Shown piece by piece: positions 54,093-64,000 of a stretch of 64,000 bases of DNA. Every line of letters begins with the position of its first letter. The first letter of the stretch is position 1. The translations under genes were made by a program, and so were the position numbers. The notes under the pieces are model-generated. The model was not told the origin of the DNA. It saw only the letters and a list, made by a program, of their open reading frames with translations, and made no database searches. Source of the DNA: an uncultured Gemmatimonadales bacterium (GTDB lineage Bacteria > Gemmatimonadota > Gemmatimonadetes > Longimicrobiales > RSA9); assembly GCA_963798085.1 (NCBI GenBank), contig CAWCRS010000002.1:224001-288000 (forward strand). Reading direction: 5' to 3'.

Positions 54093-57000
54093 ATGACCAG
54101 GACATCGCTACCGGTTGGAGTCTGGGTCGCACTGTGCGCACTGGCGCCCACCGCCGTACGGGCGCAGGCGCCGGCGTCACCGTTCGATTCGCTGCATTTC
54201 CGATCGATCGGCCCGGCGGGCACGGGCGGGCGCATCCACGACCTCCAGATCGATCCGACGAATCCGGCGATCCTGTACGTGGGCGCGGCCACGGGCGGGA
54301 TCTGGAAGTCCACGAACAAGGGCGTCACGTGGACGGACATCTTCGGCGGGCAGCCTGACAACACGTTCGGTTCGCTGGCCATCTTCGAGGGCGACCCGCG
54401 CATCGTGTGGGCGGGCACGGGTGAGAACAACAACCGCCAGAGTTCGTCCTGGGGCGGCGGCGTCTATCGCACGACGGACGGCGGCGAAACATGGAGTTAT
54501 ATGGGCCTGCACGACACGCGCTCGATCGGCCGCGTCGTGCTGCACCCGACGAATCCCGGCATCGCATACGTCGCCGCCGTGGGCAATCTCTGGCGAGGCA
54601 ATGAGGAACGGGGCGTGTTCAAGTACGACGGATGCGGGCCGCACGTGGACGAAAGTGCTGTACGTCGACACGCTCACGGGCGCCACCGACCTGGTCATGG
54701 ACCCGCGCGATCCGAACGTGCTCTATGCCGCGACCTATCAGCGGCTGCGCCGGGCGTACGGCTTCAACGGCGGCGGGCCGGGCAGCGCGATCTACAAGAC
54801 CGATGGACGGCGGGAATACATGGGGCAGGCTGGAGAACGGAATTCCCGCCGGTGACAAGGGGCGGATCGGTCTGGCGATTGCACGCTCGCATCCCGATGT
54901 GCTCGATCGCGACGATCGAGCACGCGACTGCCGGCTGGCACGTACCGCACCGAGGATGCGGGCGCGACGTGGAAGCGCATGAGCGCAGTGAACCCGCGGC
55001 CGATGTACTACAGCAAGCCGACGATCGACCCGAACAACGATCGGCGCGTGTGGCTCCCGGGCACGTACATCCTGAAGAGCGAGGATGGCGGGGCGACGTT
55101 CGAGGAAGAGCCGACGTCGCCGACGTACGATGTGGGCCTGAAGACGGACCACCATGTGATCCGCGTGGACCCGGCGAACTCGAATCACATCTACGTGGTA
55201 GGCGATGGCGGGCTGCACGAGAGCTTCGACATGGGCAAAACGTACACGCGCGTGAACAACATTCCAGTCAGTCAGATCTATCGCGTGGCCGCGGACGATC
55301 GCGATCCGTACTGGCTCTATGTGGGCCTGCAGGACAACCACTCGTTCATGGGCCCGAGCGCGACCCGCCACTGGCTGGGCATCCTGAATCAGGACTGGAT
55401 GGAGATCGGCTTCAGCGATGGCACCGGCAAGGCCGTGGATGTGCGCGACTGGCGCAAGGTCTACTCGTCCTCGAGCAACGGCAATCTCTCGCTGGTCGAT
55501 CCGCTGACGGGTGACGCGATGGGCATCAACCCGCGTCCGCCCGCGGGCGAGCCACCCTACCGCTATGACTGGGATGCGCCCGTCATGGCATCGCGACACA
55601 CGCCCGGCACCGTCTACCTGGGCGGTAACCGCCTGTTCATCTCGAAGGATTACGGTTCGACCTGGACCCGCACGGAAGACCTGACGCGCCAGATCGATCG
55701 CGACACCATCCCGATGATGGGGGTGCTCGACCGCGACATCAAACTGTCGCGCAATGATGGCGCCGACATCAGCGAGATCTCGAATTTCGCCGAATCGCCG
55801 ATCGATCCGAAGATCCTGTGGGTGGGCACCGATGATGGCAACGTCCAGCTGACGACCGACGGCGGCAAGACATGGACGGAGCTGAGCCACCACATCACAG
55901 GCGTGAGAGACGGCACGTTCGTGGGCGACATCGTCGCCTCCGCCGCCGGACGCGGCACCGCCTACGTTTCCTTCGATGCGCACCGTGATGGCGATTTCCG
56001 GCCGTACCTGTTCCGCACGACGGATTTCGGTCAGAGCTGGACACCGGTGGTCACGGGACTGCCGACGGATGATGCGTCGATCCGCGGGCTGGCCGAATTC
56101 CCGGGTCATCCTGACGTGCTGTTTGCGGGCACGGAGCGGGCGCTGTTCGTGAGCCGGGACAGTGGCGCGCACTGGACGCGGCTGCGCGCCAACCTGCCGA
56201 CGACGCGGTACGATGACATTCTGGTCCATCCGCGCACGAAGGATCTCATTCTGGCCACGCACGGCAGAGGCATCTGGATTCTGGATGACGCCTCGCCCAT
56301 CGCCGAGCTGACGCCCGCCGTGGCCGCGCAGCGCGCGCATCTCTTCAGCGTGCCCCTCGCCACGCTGATGCTGTACTGGGAAGACGTCTCCAACATGAGC
56401 CATTACTTCTTCACGGCGGAGAATCCGGCCGAGGGCGCGACGTTCACATATCACCTGGGGCAGCCGGCGGCGAAGGTGCGACTGCTCGTAACGCGCGGTG
56501 GCAGGACCGTGCGTGAGCTGACCGGGCCGGTTTCTGCTTCCGTGATCCATCGCGTCAACTGGGACCTGCGCTATCCGCTGCCACCCGGTGTGGGCGGCGG
56601 TGGTGGCGACGAAGGTGGCGGCGATCAGCAGCGACCGGGCGCCATTGCGCTGCCGATCCCATCGCACGAGATCGGTCCGCGCGGCCCGCACATCGCACCG
56701 GGCAAATTCACAGTCACGCTCGAGGTGGATGGCCAGGCCGTCGCAACGCAGCCATTCGAGGTGCGAGCGGATCCGGCCTCATCGATCACGGCCGCGCAGC
56801 ACAAGGCGCGCGATGCCTTCGTGGTGGAAGCTTCGGAACTGCTGCAGACGATCGATACGCTGGCAAATGCGCTGCACTCGAGGAGCGCCGCCGCCAGTGG
56901 TGAGGAAGCCGCTCGCCTGCGCGCGCTGGAGGTGCGGCTCGTGGGTGGTGGTGGCGGCCGCGGGGGTCGGGGTGGCGGCGGCGGCCGAGGCGGCGCGGTG

Positions 57001-57162
57001 CAGCCGCTTCGCCAGCGACTGGCGGCGCTGCTCAATGCGTTCACCGGCTCCGGTGCGCGCACCGGCACCCTCGCCGCGCCTACCAGCACCTTGAAGTCCG
57101 CGCTGGCGGAAGCGAAATCGGATCTGCACGCGGTCGAGAGCGAGGTCAACGCGCGCAGATAG
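54093..57162 (+). CDS. Secreted VPS10/BNR-repeat glycosyl hydrolase-like protein, several frameshifts at 54620-54940
   Basis: FRSIGP, GGIWKS, repeated S/TxDxGxTW Asp-boxes, GLQDN, ATHGRGIWILDD. Confidence 0.88.
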
Positions 57163-57212
57163 AACAGCGCATTAGCACAGCACGAAACTCCACCCCGGGG
57201 AGTCTCGCACCC

Positions 57213-59687
57213 ATGGCGAATTTCACCGTGAAGCCCGCGCTGCGTCAGCTGGTCGAGAACCGCCTGAAGGCCGAAGGCGTTTCGCAGAAGACCTGGGCCG
57301 GAGCCGTCCTCGCGGCTTTCGAGAGTCGGGAGGCGCTGGAGGACTACCTTGGCGGCGGCGAGGCCACGCAGCCAATCTCGACAGAGGCGCCGTCTGCACG
57401 CCCCGCCGAGGCATACCTTGCCTCGCTTACCGTCGAAGGCTTTCGCGGCATGGGTCCAGCGCGGACGCTGGACCTGAACGCCGCGCCCGGCCTCACCCTG
57501 ATCGTCGGTCGCAACGGTTCAGGCAAGTCCAGTTTTGCGGAAGGGCTGGAGGTGCTGTTCACGGGCGACAGCCAGCGCTGGGCGAATCGTCCCAGGGTCT
57601 GGAAAGATGGCTGGCGTAACCTCCACCATCCGCACCCGACTTCGATAACAGCCGAGTTGCTGCTCGCCGGGACAGGGCCCGTGGAGGTGAGGACGGAGTG
57701 GGATGCGGAAGCCCCGCTGGATTCGTACCGCACCGTGGTTCAACCGAAAGGCAAGCCGAAAACCTCGCTGGCCGCGCTGGGCTGGAACGAAGCACTCGTC
57801 TCCTACCGCCCGTTCCTCTCCTACAATGAGCTGGGGTCGATGCTGGACGAGGGCCCGTCAAAGCTCTACGACGCTCTGTCTGTGGTGCTGGGGCTGGAAG
57901 AGATCGTGTCGGCTCAGAACGTGTTAGCGAAGGCGAGGACGGAGCGCCAGAAGGCATTGAAGTTGGCAGAGACGGAGCGGGACGGGCTGTGCGATCAGCT
58001 GGAGCAACTGCTGGATCAGGGCTCGGACGACAGGGCGTCCGCAAGTCTCGACGCGCTGGACCATGACGACTGGGGCCTCGCCACATTGGAGAACCTGGTC
58101 TCCGGTGCTGCCACGGCGCAGGATAACACTGTGTTGGGTGTCCTGTTGCAGGCAGCGGGGATCGAGGTTCCCGACGCGCAGACCGCGGCGCAACACGTCG
58201 CGGCGCTGCGTGAGGCCGTTGCTCAACTGGAGGCCGTCGCGGCCACGGATGCGGAGCGATCGCGAAAGCTGGCGCGGCTGCTCGAGGCGGCGCTCGAGTT
58301 TCAGCAGAATCACGCGGTGTCGGATTGTCCGGTCTGCGGCACGGCGGATGCCATCGGGCCCGACTGGAGAGCCTCCACGCAGGCGGAAGTCGCGCGGCTT
58401 CGGGAGCTGGCCGCGGCAAGCGACGCGGTGCACCGCCGGGCGGATGCGGCACGCGATCAGGCACTGGCGCTGCTGCGGACCGCTCCCTCGAAACTGCTCG
58501 ACCCGTTGCAGATGATGGGAATCGAGGGTGTGCAGGCGGCGCGTGAATCGTGGGCGAATTGGACCCGGGGCGCGCAACTTCGTGACCCCATGGCGCTGGC
58601 CGATCATATCGAATCGCAGCACGCGGCCTTCCTGCGCGCGACCGACAACCTGAAGCAGAATGCCGCGAGGGAACTGCAGCAGCGACAGGATCGCTGGAAG
58701 CCGGTCGCGGCGGCCATCGCCGGCTGGATTCCAGACGCCAGGTCAGCCCTCGAGGGCGACGAAGAACAGGAATTCATCAGTGATGCGGAGAAATGGCTGA
58801 AGACCGCGGCGGCGGAGATTCGTAACGAGCGGTTTGCCCCGATCGCGGAGCAGGCGATGGAGCTCTGGGGGATGCTGCGCCTCAACAGCAACGTGGATCT
58901 GGGGCGGATCCAGCTGACAGGAGCAGGGTCGCAACGCAAGGTCAGTCTGGATGTGACCGTGGATGGCGTGGCCGGAGCGGCATTGGGCGTCATGAGCCAG
59001 GGAGAGCTTCACTCTCTGGCGCTGAGTTTGTTCCTGCCCCGCGCGACGCTCGCGGAAAGCCCGTTCCGCTTCGTGGTGATCGACGACCCTGTGCAGTCGA
59101 TGGATCCCGCGCGGGTGGACGGCCTGGCGCGCGCACTGAACGAGATCGCGCGAACGCGGCAGGTCATTGTGTTCACGCATGACACGCGGCTGCCCGATGC
59201 GGTCCGCCGGCTCGGCATCAAGGCCACGATACTCGAGATCACGCGCCGGCCCGAGTCGGTCGTCGAGGTGCGTACTGCGCTCGATCCGGTGCGCGCGCAC
59301 ATCGAAGATGCTCTCGCCCTGGCGTTCACGGCTGAGCTTCCCGGAGATGTGCTGCAGCGGCTGGTGCCAGGTTTTTGCCGTTCCGCTCTCGAAGCCGCCT
59401 TCACGCAGGTCGTGCGCCGTCGACGCCTTTCCGCGGGAAATGATCACGCGGCCGTGGAGGATGAGCTCCGGAACGCGCCGAAGCTCACATCCCTCGCCGC
59501 ACTCGCCCTGTTCGATGACCGGGAGCGCGGTGGCGACGTCATGAACCGTCTGAACAAGTTCGGCGCCTGGGCAGGCGATGTCTTCAAGAACTGCAAGGAC
59601 GGAGCACACGTCGGCGCCGCGGTGGATTTCAGGATTCTGATCGACAACACGCAGGACCTCTGCGACCGTGTCGTCGCGCTCAAGTAG
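57213..59687 (+). CDS. Rad50/RloC-like coiled-coil ABC ATPase with zinc hook and C-terminal helical domain
   Basis: GFRG, Walker A GRNGSGKSS, CPVC, signature MSQGE, Walker B/D-loop VVIDDPVQSMD, H-loop FTHD. Confidence 0.88.
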   Translation: MANFTVKPALRQLVENRLKAEGVSQKTWAGAVLAAFESREALEDYLGGGEATQPISTEAPSARPAEAYLASLTVEGFRGMGPARTLDLNAAPGLTLIVGRNGSGKSSFAEGLEVLFTGDSQRWANRPRVWKDGWRNLHHPHPTSITAELLLAGTGPVEVRTEWDAEAPLDSYRTVVQPKGKPKTSLAALGWNEALVSYRPFLSYNELGSMLDEGPSKLYDALSVVLGLEEIVSAQNVLAKARTERQKALKLAETERDGLCDQLEQLLDQGSDDRASASLDALDHDDWGLATLENLVSGAATAQDNTVLGVLLQAAGIEVPDAQTAAQHVAALREAVAQLEAVAATDAERSRKLARLLEAALEFQQNHAVSDCPVCGTADAIGPDWRASTQAEVARLRELAAASDAVHRRADAARDQALALLRTAPSKLLDPLQMMGIEGVQAARESWANWTRGAQLRDPMALADHIESQHAAFLRATDNLKQNAARELQQRQDRWKPVAAAIAGWIPDARSALEGDEEQEFISDAEKWLKTAAAEIRNERFAPIAEQAMELWGMLRLNSNVDLGRIQLTGAGSQRKVSLDVTVDGVAGAALGVMSQGELHSLALSLFLPRATLAESPFRFVVIDDPVQSMDPARVDGLARALNEIARTRQVIVFTHDTRLPDAVRRLGIKATILEITRRPESVVEVRTALDPVRAHIEDALALAFTAELPGDVLQRLVPGFCRSALEAAFTQVVRRRRLSAGNDHAAVEDELRNAPKLTSLAALALFDDRERGGDVMNRLNKFGAWAGDVFKNCKDGAHVGAAVDFRILIDNTQDLCDRVVALK

Positions 59688-60046
59688 CGATCCGCGCGCG
59701 CTGCTTGCCGCCGCGCGCAAGCTGATGGCCAGGCCTGACCCGAAAACAGCAGGGTTATGGCCGCGCGGGAGCCGCGCTGCTCGCCCGGCAGGCACTGGAG
59801 TCCGCGCTCGACGATCTGTGGCGCGAGCGAGCGCCCGGCCTCGAGCAATGCTCGGCGCGCGCGCAACTGCTCTGTTTGCCGGATTATCTGCACCATGGCG
59901 ATCTGGCCGAGCGAGTGGCGTACGCGTGGGCCGGGCTGAGCCGGGCCTGTCACCATCAGGCGTATGAGTTGCCGCCGACGGCGGGCGAGCTCGAGGGGTG
60001 GATGAGCGTGGTTGGAGAGCTGGTGGAGGCCGGAATGACACACTGA
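59668..60046 (+). CDS. Small HEPN-like helical protein, frameshift near 59768
   Basis: Joined frames read ...GLWPR | GAALLARQALESALDDLW...SARAQLLCL...AWAGLSRACHHQAYELPPTAGELEGW...*; overlaps the ATPase stop codon. Confidence 0.7.
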
Positions 60047-60226
60047 CGGTCGGGCAGCAGCTTACCTGCGCCCAGCCCTTCAGGTCAACGCTTGCAGATA
60101 CCGGACAGATATTCATGTCCGAAGTACCGTGTCACCAGGTTTGCGCTATCGAGCGCTTCCCCACGTAGCGATCGCCCTACGGCTTCGATCAGGAAAATTG
60201 CGGGCACTCTGCTTACGTGTGGTTGA

Positions 60227-63200
60227 CTATCCGTTCGACGACCGTCCCCGCCCACCGCGACGCGCCGCTCGGGCAACACGCTGTTGGGACTCCGCATCGC
60301 TCCGGTCCTCAATGTGAGAGCGAAGGAACGCACCGGTATACGATGCCCTGCTCGCTGCTACCTGCTCGGGTGTGCCCGCCACCACGATCTCGCCGCCGCC
60401 GTGCCCGCCGTCGGGACCGAGGTCGATGACCCAGTCGGCCGTCTTGATCACGTCCATGTGGTGCTCGATCAGCAGCACGGTGTGACCGGCATCGACGAGG
60501 CGGTTCAGCGACTCGAGCAGCTTCTCGACATCGGCCAGGTGAAGACCCGTCGTCGGCTCATCGAGGATGTAGACCGTGTGCTTCGAGCGCTGCAGCTTGC
60601 TCAGCTCCGTCGCGATCTTCATGCGCTGCGCCTCGCCGCCTGACAGCGTGGTAGCGGACTGACCGAGTGTCAGGTAGCCGAGGCCGAGGTCGTTCAGCAC
60701 CTCGATCTTGCGGCCCACCGCGCTCTCGTTCGCGAAGAATGTGACGCCTTCCTCGATCGACATGTTCAGCACATCGTCAATGGTTCTGCCGCGCAGAGTC
60801 ACCTCGAGTGTGTCGCTGTTGAAGCGCGCGCCCTTGCAGGCCGCACACATGACTTCGACATCGGGCATGAAGTAGAGCTGCGTCCTGATCACGCCTTCGC
60901 CCTGGCACTCCTCGCAGCGGCCGCCCTTGACGTTGAAGCTGAAGCGGCCCGGCTTGTAGCCGCGCTCGACGGAGAGCGGCGCGCGTGTGAACAGGGCGCG
61001 GATCGTGTCATAGAAGCCGACATACGTAGCGGGGTTCGAGCGGCTGTTGCGGCCGATGGCCGTCTGGTCGATGCTCACCACGCGGTGAATGTGCTCGAGC
61101 CCGTCAATGCCGTCGTGCGCGCCGGGCAGTGTGCGCGTGTCCACCAGCCGCTTCCAGAGGGCCTTGTAGAGGACTTCGCTGATCAGTGTGCTCTTGCCCG
61201 ATCCGGACGCGCCCGTAATGGCGACCATCATGCCCAGCGGGAACGTGACGTCAATGTGCTTCAGGTTGTTTTCGCTGGCGCCGCGCACGATCAGCTTCCT
61301 GCCATTGCCCTTGCGTCGCTTCTTCGGTGTGGGAATCCAGCGCTTGCCGGAGAAGAACTGGCCCGTGGGTGATGCCTCGCAGGCGAGGATGTCATCCATC
61401 GTGCCCTGTACGACGACATGGCCGCCGTGCACGCCCGCGCCCGGGCCCATCTCGACGATGTGGTCGGCGGCGCGGATGGTGTCCTCATCGTGCTCGACGA
61501 CGATCACCGTGTTGCCGATGTCGCGCAGACTCTTCAGCGTGGCGATCATCTTGACGTTGTCCTTCGGGTGCAGCCCGATGCTCGGCTCATCGAGCACGTA
61601 GAGCATGCCCATGAGGCCCGAGCCGATCTGCGTGGACAGACGGATGCGCTGCGACTCGCCGCCGGACAGCGTGCTCGAGCGGCGATTGAAGTTGAGGTAG
61701 TCGAGGCCAATGCCGAGCAGCAGCTCGAGACGGTTGCGGATCTCGTGCAGCACCTGCCGCCCGGCGTCGGCGCTGCGCCCTGTCGGCTCGATGGTGCCGA
61801 GGAACGCGTGCAGCTCATCGAAGTTGAGCTGGCCGAACTCGAACAGTGTGCGACCCGCGATGGTGAAGAGCTGGCGCGTGGCGCGCAGGCGAGCGCCATT
61901 GCAGTCCGGGCAGGTGTGCTCGAGCATCACTTTCTCCAGCCATGCCTCCATGCCCGAACTGGCTTCGCCACGCTGCCGGTAGCGGCGGTAGTGCCGCTCA
62001 ATGCGGCGGGCAATGCCGCCGAAGCCCACTTCCTTTCCCTGCAGGTCGTCGTGACTGACTTTCGCCTCGGGCGGCAGCACCACCGGTATCTTCCTCGCCT
62101 CAATGCCATAGAGGATGGCATTGCAATGCGTGTCGGCCAGCTTCTCCCATGGAGTGTCGAGCGAGAAGCCCACCGCCTGTGACAGGCTGTACATCAGGCG
62201 GCCGTCCCACGTGTCGGGATTGTAGCGGAACGCCTCGCGCACGAAGCAGCCGCCACGGATGCTGCGGCGAGGATCGGGCACGAGCAGGTCGGGGTGCGTG
62301 AGTTTGTGCACGCCCAGTCCGCCGCACGTGCGGCACGCGCTCTCGGGCAGGTTGAACACGAAGTATTCGGGCCTGATCTCGCCATAGACGAAGTGGTGCG
62401 TGAGGCTGCAGTGTGCGCGGTAGAAGCGCTGGGTCTCTGCCTTGCCGGCGCCGCGCATGACCTGCACCTGCATGAGGCCATCGCCCACAAGCAGCGCGGC
62501 GGCAATGGCGGCCTTGATCGCCTTCTCGTGCTTGCGGCCGACGATCAGCCGATCGACTACCGCATCCATGTCCTTGACCTGCGACTCGTCGAGCTCAATG
62601 TCCTGAGCGATATCCACGGTGCGGCCATCCACGATGAGCCGGCGACAGCCTTTCTTGCGCACTTCCGTGAGCACGAATTCCAGGTCTTCGCCGTAGACCT
62701 TGAAGACGGGCGCGCGCAGTTCGATCTCCCCGCCTTCGGGCAGGGACAGGATGGCCTCGAGGATCTGGGCTGCACTGCGGCTGGGTGTGTGCTCGCCCGT
62801 ACGCGGGCAGTGCGGCTCGCCCACGGTGGCAAACAGCAGGTTGAGATAGCCCGCAATGTCCGTGAGCGTGCCCACGGTCGAGCGCGGATTGCTGGACATC
62901 GTCTTCTGCTCGATGGAGATGACGGGCGAGAGGCCGAAGACGAAGTCGACATCGGGCCTGGTGACCTGCGCCACGAAGCGCTTGGCGTAACTGGACAGCG
63001 ATTCCAGGTAGCGACGCTGGCCTTCGGCGTAGATGGTGTCGAATGCCAGGCTCGACTTGCCCGAGCCCGACAGGCCAGTGACCACCACCATCTGGTCGCG
63101 GGGAATCTCGACGGTGATGTTCTGCAGGTTGTGCACGCGCGCGCCCTGCACGGCGATGGTGGTGCGCGGCGCCGCCGGTGCCGCGTCCGGTTGCGCGCGG

Positions 63201-63274
63201 GGCGCCGATTTCGCCGGACTGCGCTTGCGCGGCGCCGCTTTCGCCGCCGACTGTTTCCTGCGCCCGCCCTTCAC
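60227..63274 (-). CDS. uvrA: Excinuclease ABC subunit A-like protein (probably a class II paralog)
   Basis: [26 protein letters not shown] twice, [22 protein letters not shown] overlap with the upstream gene. Confidence 0.9.
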   Translation of the reverse strand: MKGGRRKQSAAKAAPRKRSPAKSAPRAQPDAAPAAPRTTIAVQGARVHNLQNITVEIPRDQMVVVTGLSGSGKSSLAFDTIYAEGQRRYLESLSSYAKRFVAQVTRPDVDFVFGLSPVISIEQKTMSSNPRSTVGTLTDIAGYLNLLFATVGEPHCPRTGEHTPSRSAAQILEAILSLPEGGEIELRAPVFKVYGEDLEFVLTEVRKKGCRRLIVDGRTVDIAQDIELDESQVKDMDAVVDRLIVGRKHEKAIKAAIAAALLVGDGLMQVQVMRGAGKAETQRFYRAHCSLTHHFVYGEIRPEYFVFNLPESACRTCGGLGVHKLTHPDLLVPDPRRSIRGGCFVREAFRYNPDTWDGRLMYSLSQAVGFSLDTPWEKLADTHCNAILYGIEARKIPVVLPPEAKVSHDDLQGKEVGFGGIARRIERHYRRYRQRGEASSGMEAWLEKVMLEHTCPDCNGARLRATRQLFTIAGRTLFEFGQLNFDELHAFLGTIEPTGRSADAGRQVLHEIRNRLELLLGIGLDYLNFNRRSSTLSGGESQRIRLSTQIGSGLMGMLYVLDEPSIGLHPKDNVKMIATLKSLRDIGNTVIVVEHDEDTIRAADHIVEMGPGAGVHGGHVVVQGTMDDILACEASPTGQFFSGKRWIPTPKKRRKGNGRKLIVRGASENNLKHIDVTFPLGMMVAITGASGSGKSTLISEVLYKALWKRLVDTRTLPGAHDGIDGLEHIHRVVSIDQTAIGRNSRSNPATYVGFYDTIRALFTRAPLSVERGYKPGRFSFNVKGGRCEECQGEGVIRTQLYFMPDVEVMCAACKGARFNSDTLEVTLRGRTIDDVLNMSIEEGVTFFANESAVGRKIEVLNDLGLGYLTLGQSATTLSGGEAQRMKIATELSKLQRSKHTVYILDEPTTGLHLADVEKLLESLNRLVDAGHTVLLIEHHMDVIKTADWVIDLGPDGGHGGGEIVVAGTPEQVAASRASYTGAFLRSHIEDRSDAESQQRVARAARRGGRGRSSNG

Positions 63275-64000
63275 AGGCTGTCTCCGTTCTGCCCACCGGG
63301 ATGGAAGAAGGCCAGCTCCTGCATGCTGAGGTTGCTCCGTTTCGTGAGTTGCACCGACGCGGCCGCCTTGCCCAGCAGTCCCTGATCGGCCAGGTACTCG
63401 CACGCGGTGGTCACGCCACTGACGCCGTACTGTTTCGTGAACCAGTCCTCGATCTCCGTGCACGAGCGGATCTCGCCGACCTCGCGCAGGTGATCGAGCA
63501 CGGGCGCGAACAGGCGGTTTGCGCGCGTCGACATGTACTCGTCCACGGTGTCCAGCGCGGCCTGCACGTTCTGCTTCGTCTTCTTCTGGTTGAGCAGTTC
63601 CGAATAGATCACGCGGAACAGCTCGGGATTCAGCTTCATCGCCTGTGGTATTACTTCGCGGTCGGCGATCTGGCGCGCCTCAATGACTTCGATGCGGGCC
63701 AGTGAGCCGGCTGCCATGAGGATCCAGAGCGCGGTGTAGTCGAGGTCGCCGCGTGTCAGCAGGAACTTGTGCGCCTTGTAGATGGCGGGCAGTGCGAAGG
63801 TCGCGGCGCGCAGCAGCTGGAGATGCGTGTCGCGCTCGCCCAGCTCGCTCAGGCCCGCGCACAGCTGCGCAATCGTATCGTCGTGCGTGTAGAGCAGCCG
63901 CCCGCGTGTCAGGAACGTGTGCACGAAGGAGTTGTGCAGCGAGCCCTCGACGATCCGGCGGAACTCCGCACGCGGGATCAGCAGTGCGTGCACGTTCACG
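63271..64000 (-). CDS. Hypothetical protein, possibly nucleotidyltransferase-associated (5' part outside window)
   Basis: Open frame with good codon usage; GRLLYTHD followed by a helical bundle; coupled to uvrA. Confidence 0.65.
   Translation of the reverse strand, partial: VNVHALLIPRAEFRRIVEGSLHNSFVHTFLTRGRLLYTHDDTIAQLCAGLSELGERDTHLQLLRAATFALPAIYKAHKFLLTRGDLDYTALWILMAAGSLARIEVIEARQIADREVIPQAMKLNPELFRVIYSELLNQKKTKQNVQAALDTVDEYMSTRANRLFAPVLDHLREVGEIRSCTEIEDWFTKQYGVSGVTTACEYLADQGLLGKAAASVQLTKRSNLSMQELAFFHPGGQNGDSL

Noticed and set aside
57213..59687. Calling the ATPase sbcC, smc, recN or jetC
   Set aside because: Cognate partners are absent and it has an extra C-terminal domain, so no gene symbol was given.

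Overview
GC-rich bacterial chromosomal window. The gene repertoire suggests Gemmatimonadota (inference; no rRNA is present to confirm). It holds about 60 mostly accessory genes and no tRNA, rRNA, CRISPR array or transposase that I can recognise. Many genes are split by single-base frameshifts, most likely long-read consensus errors. Main content: a VIT-vWA/ECF sigma/anti-sigma module, secreted hydrolases, a cold-shock cluster (rpsU plus two csp genes), a Macro-like+TIR gene, an FkbH-ACP surface-modification cluster, an orphan Rad50/RloC-like ATPase with a small HEPN-like partner, and a class II-type uvrA. Best candidates for undescribed biology: (1) the ATPase plus HEPN-like pair at 57.2-60.0 kb, a possible defence system; (2) the Macro-TIR fusion; (3) the PKS-free MaoC-methyltransferase-FkbH-ACP-LbH-GT-C cluster; (4) terminator-like hairpins in the leaders of both rpsU and cspA; (5) a structured, RBS-sequestering leader RNA at 15.8-15.95 kb; (6) two paralogous small HTH-like proteins with histone-like basic tails; (7) a REP/MITE-like inverted-repeat family that supplies the C-termini of neighbouring genes. 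All family calls come from motif recognition by eye, not database searches.
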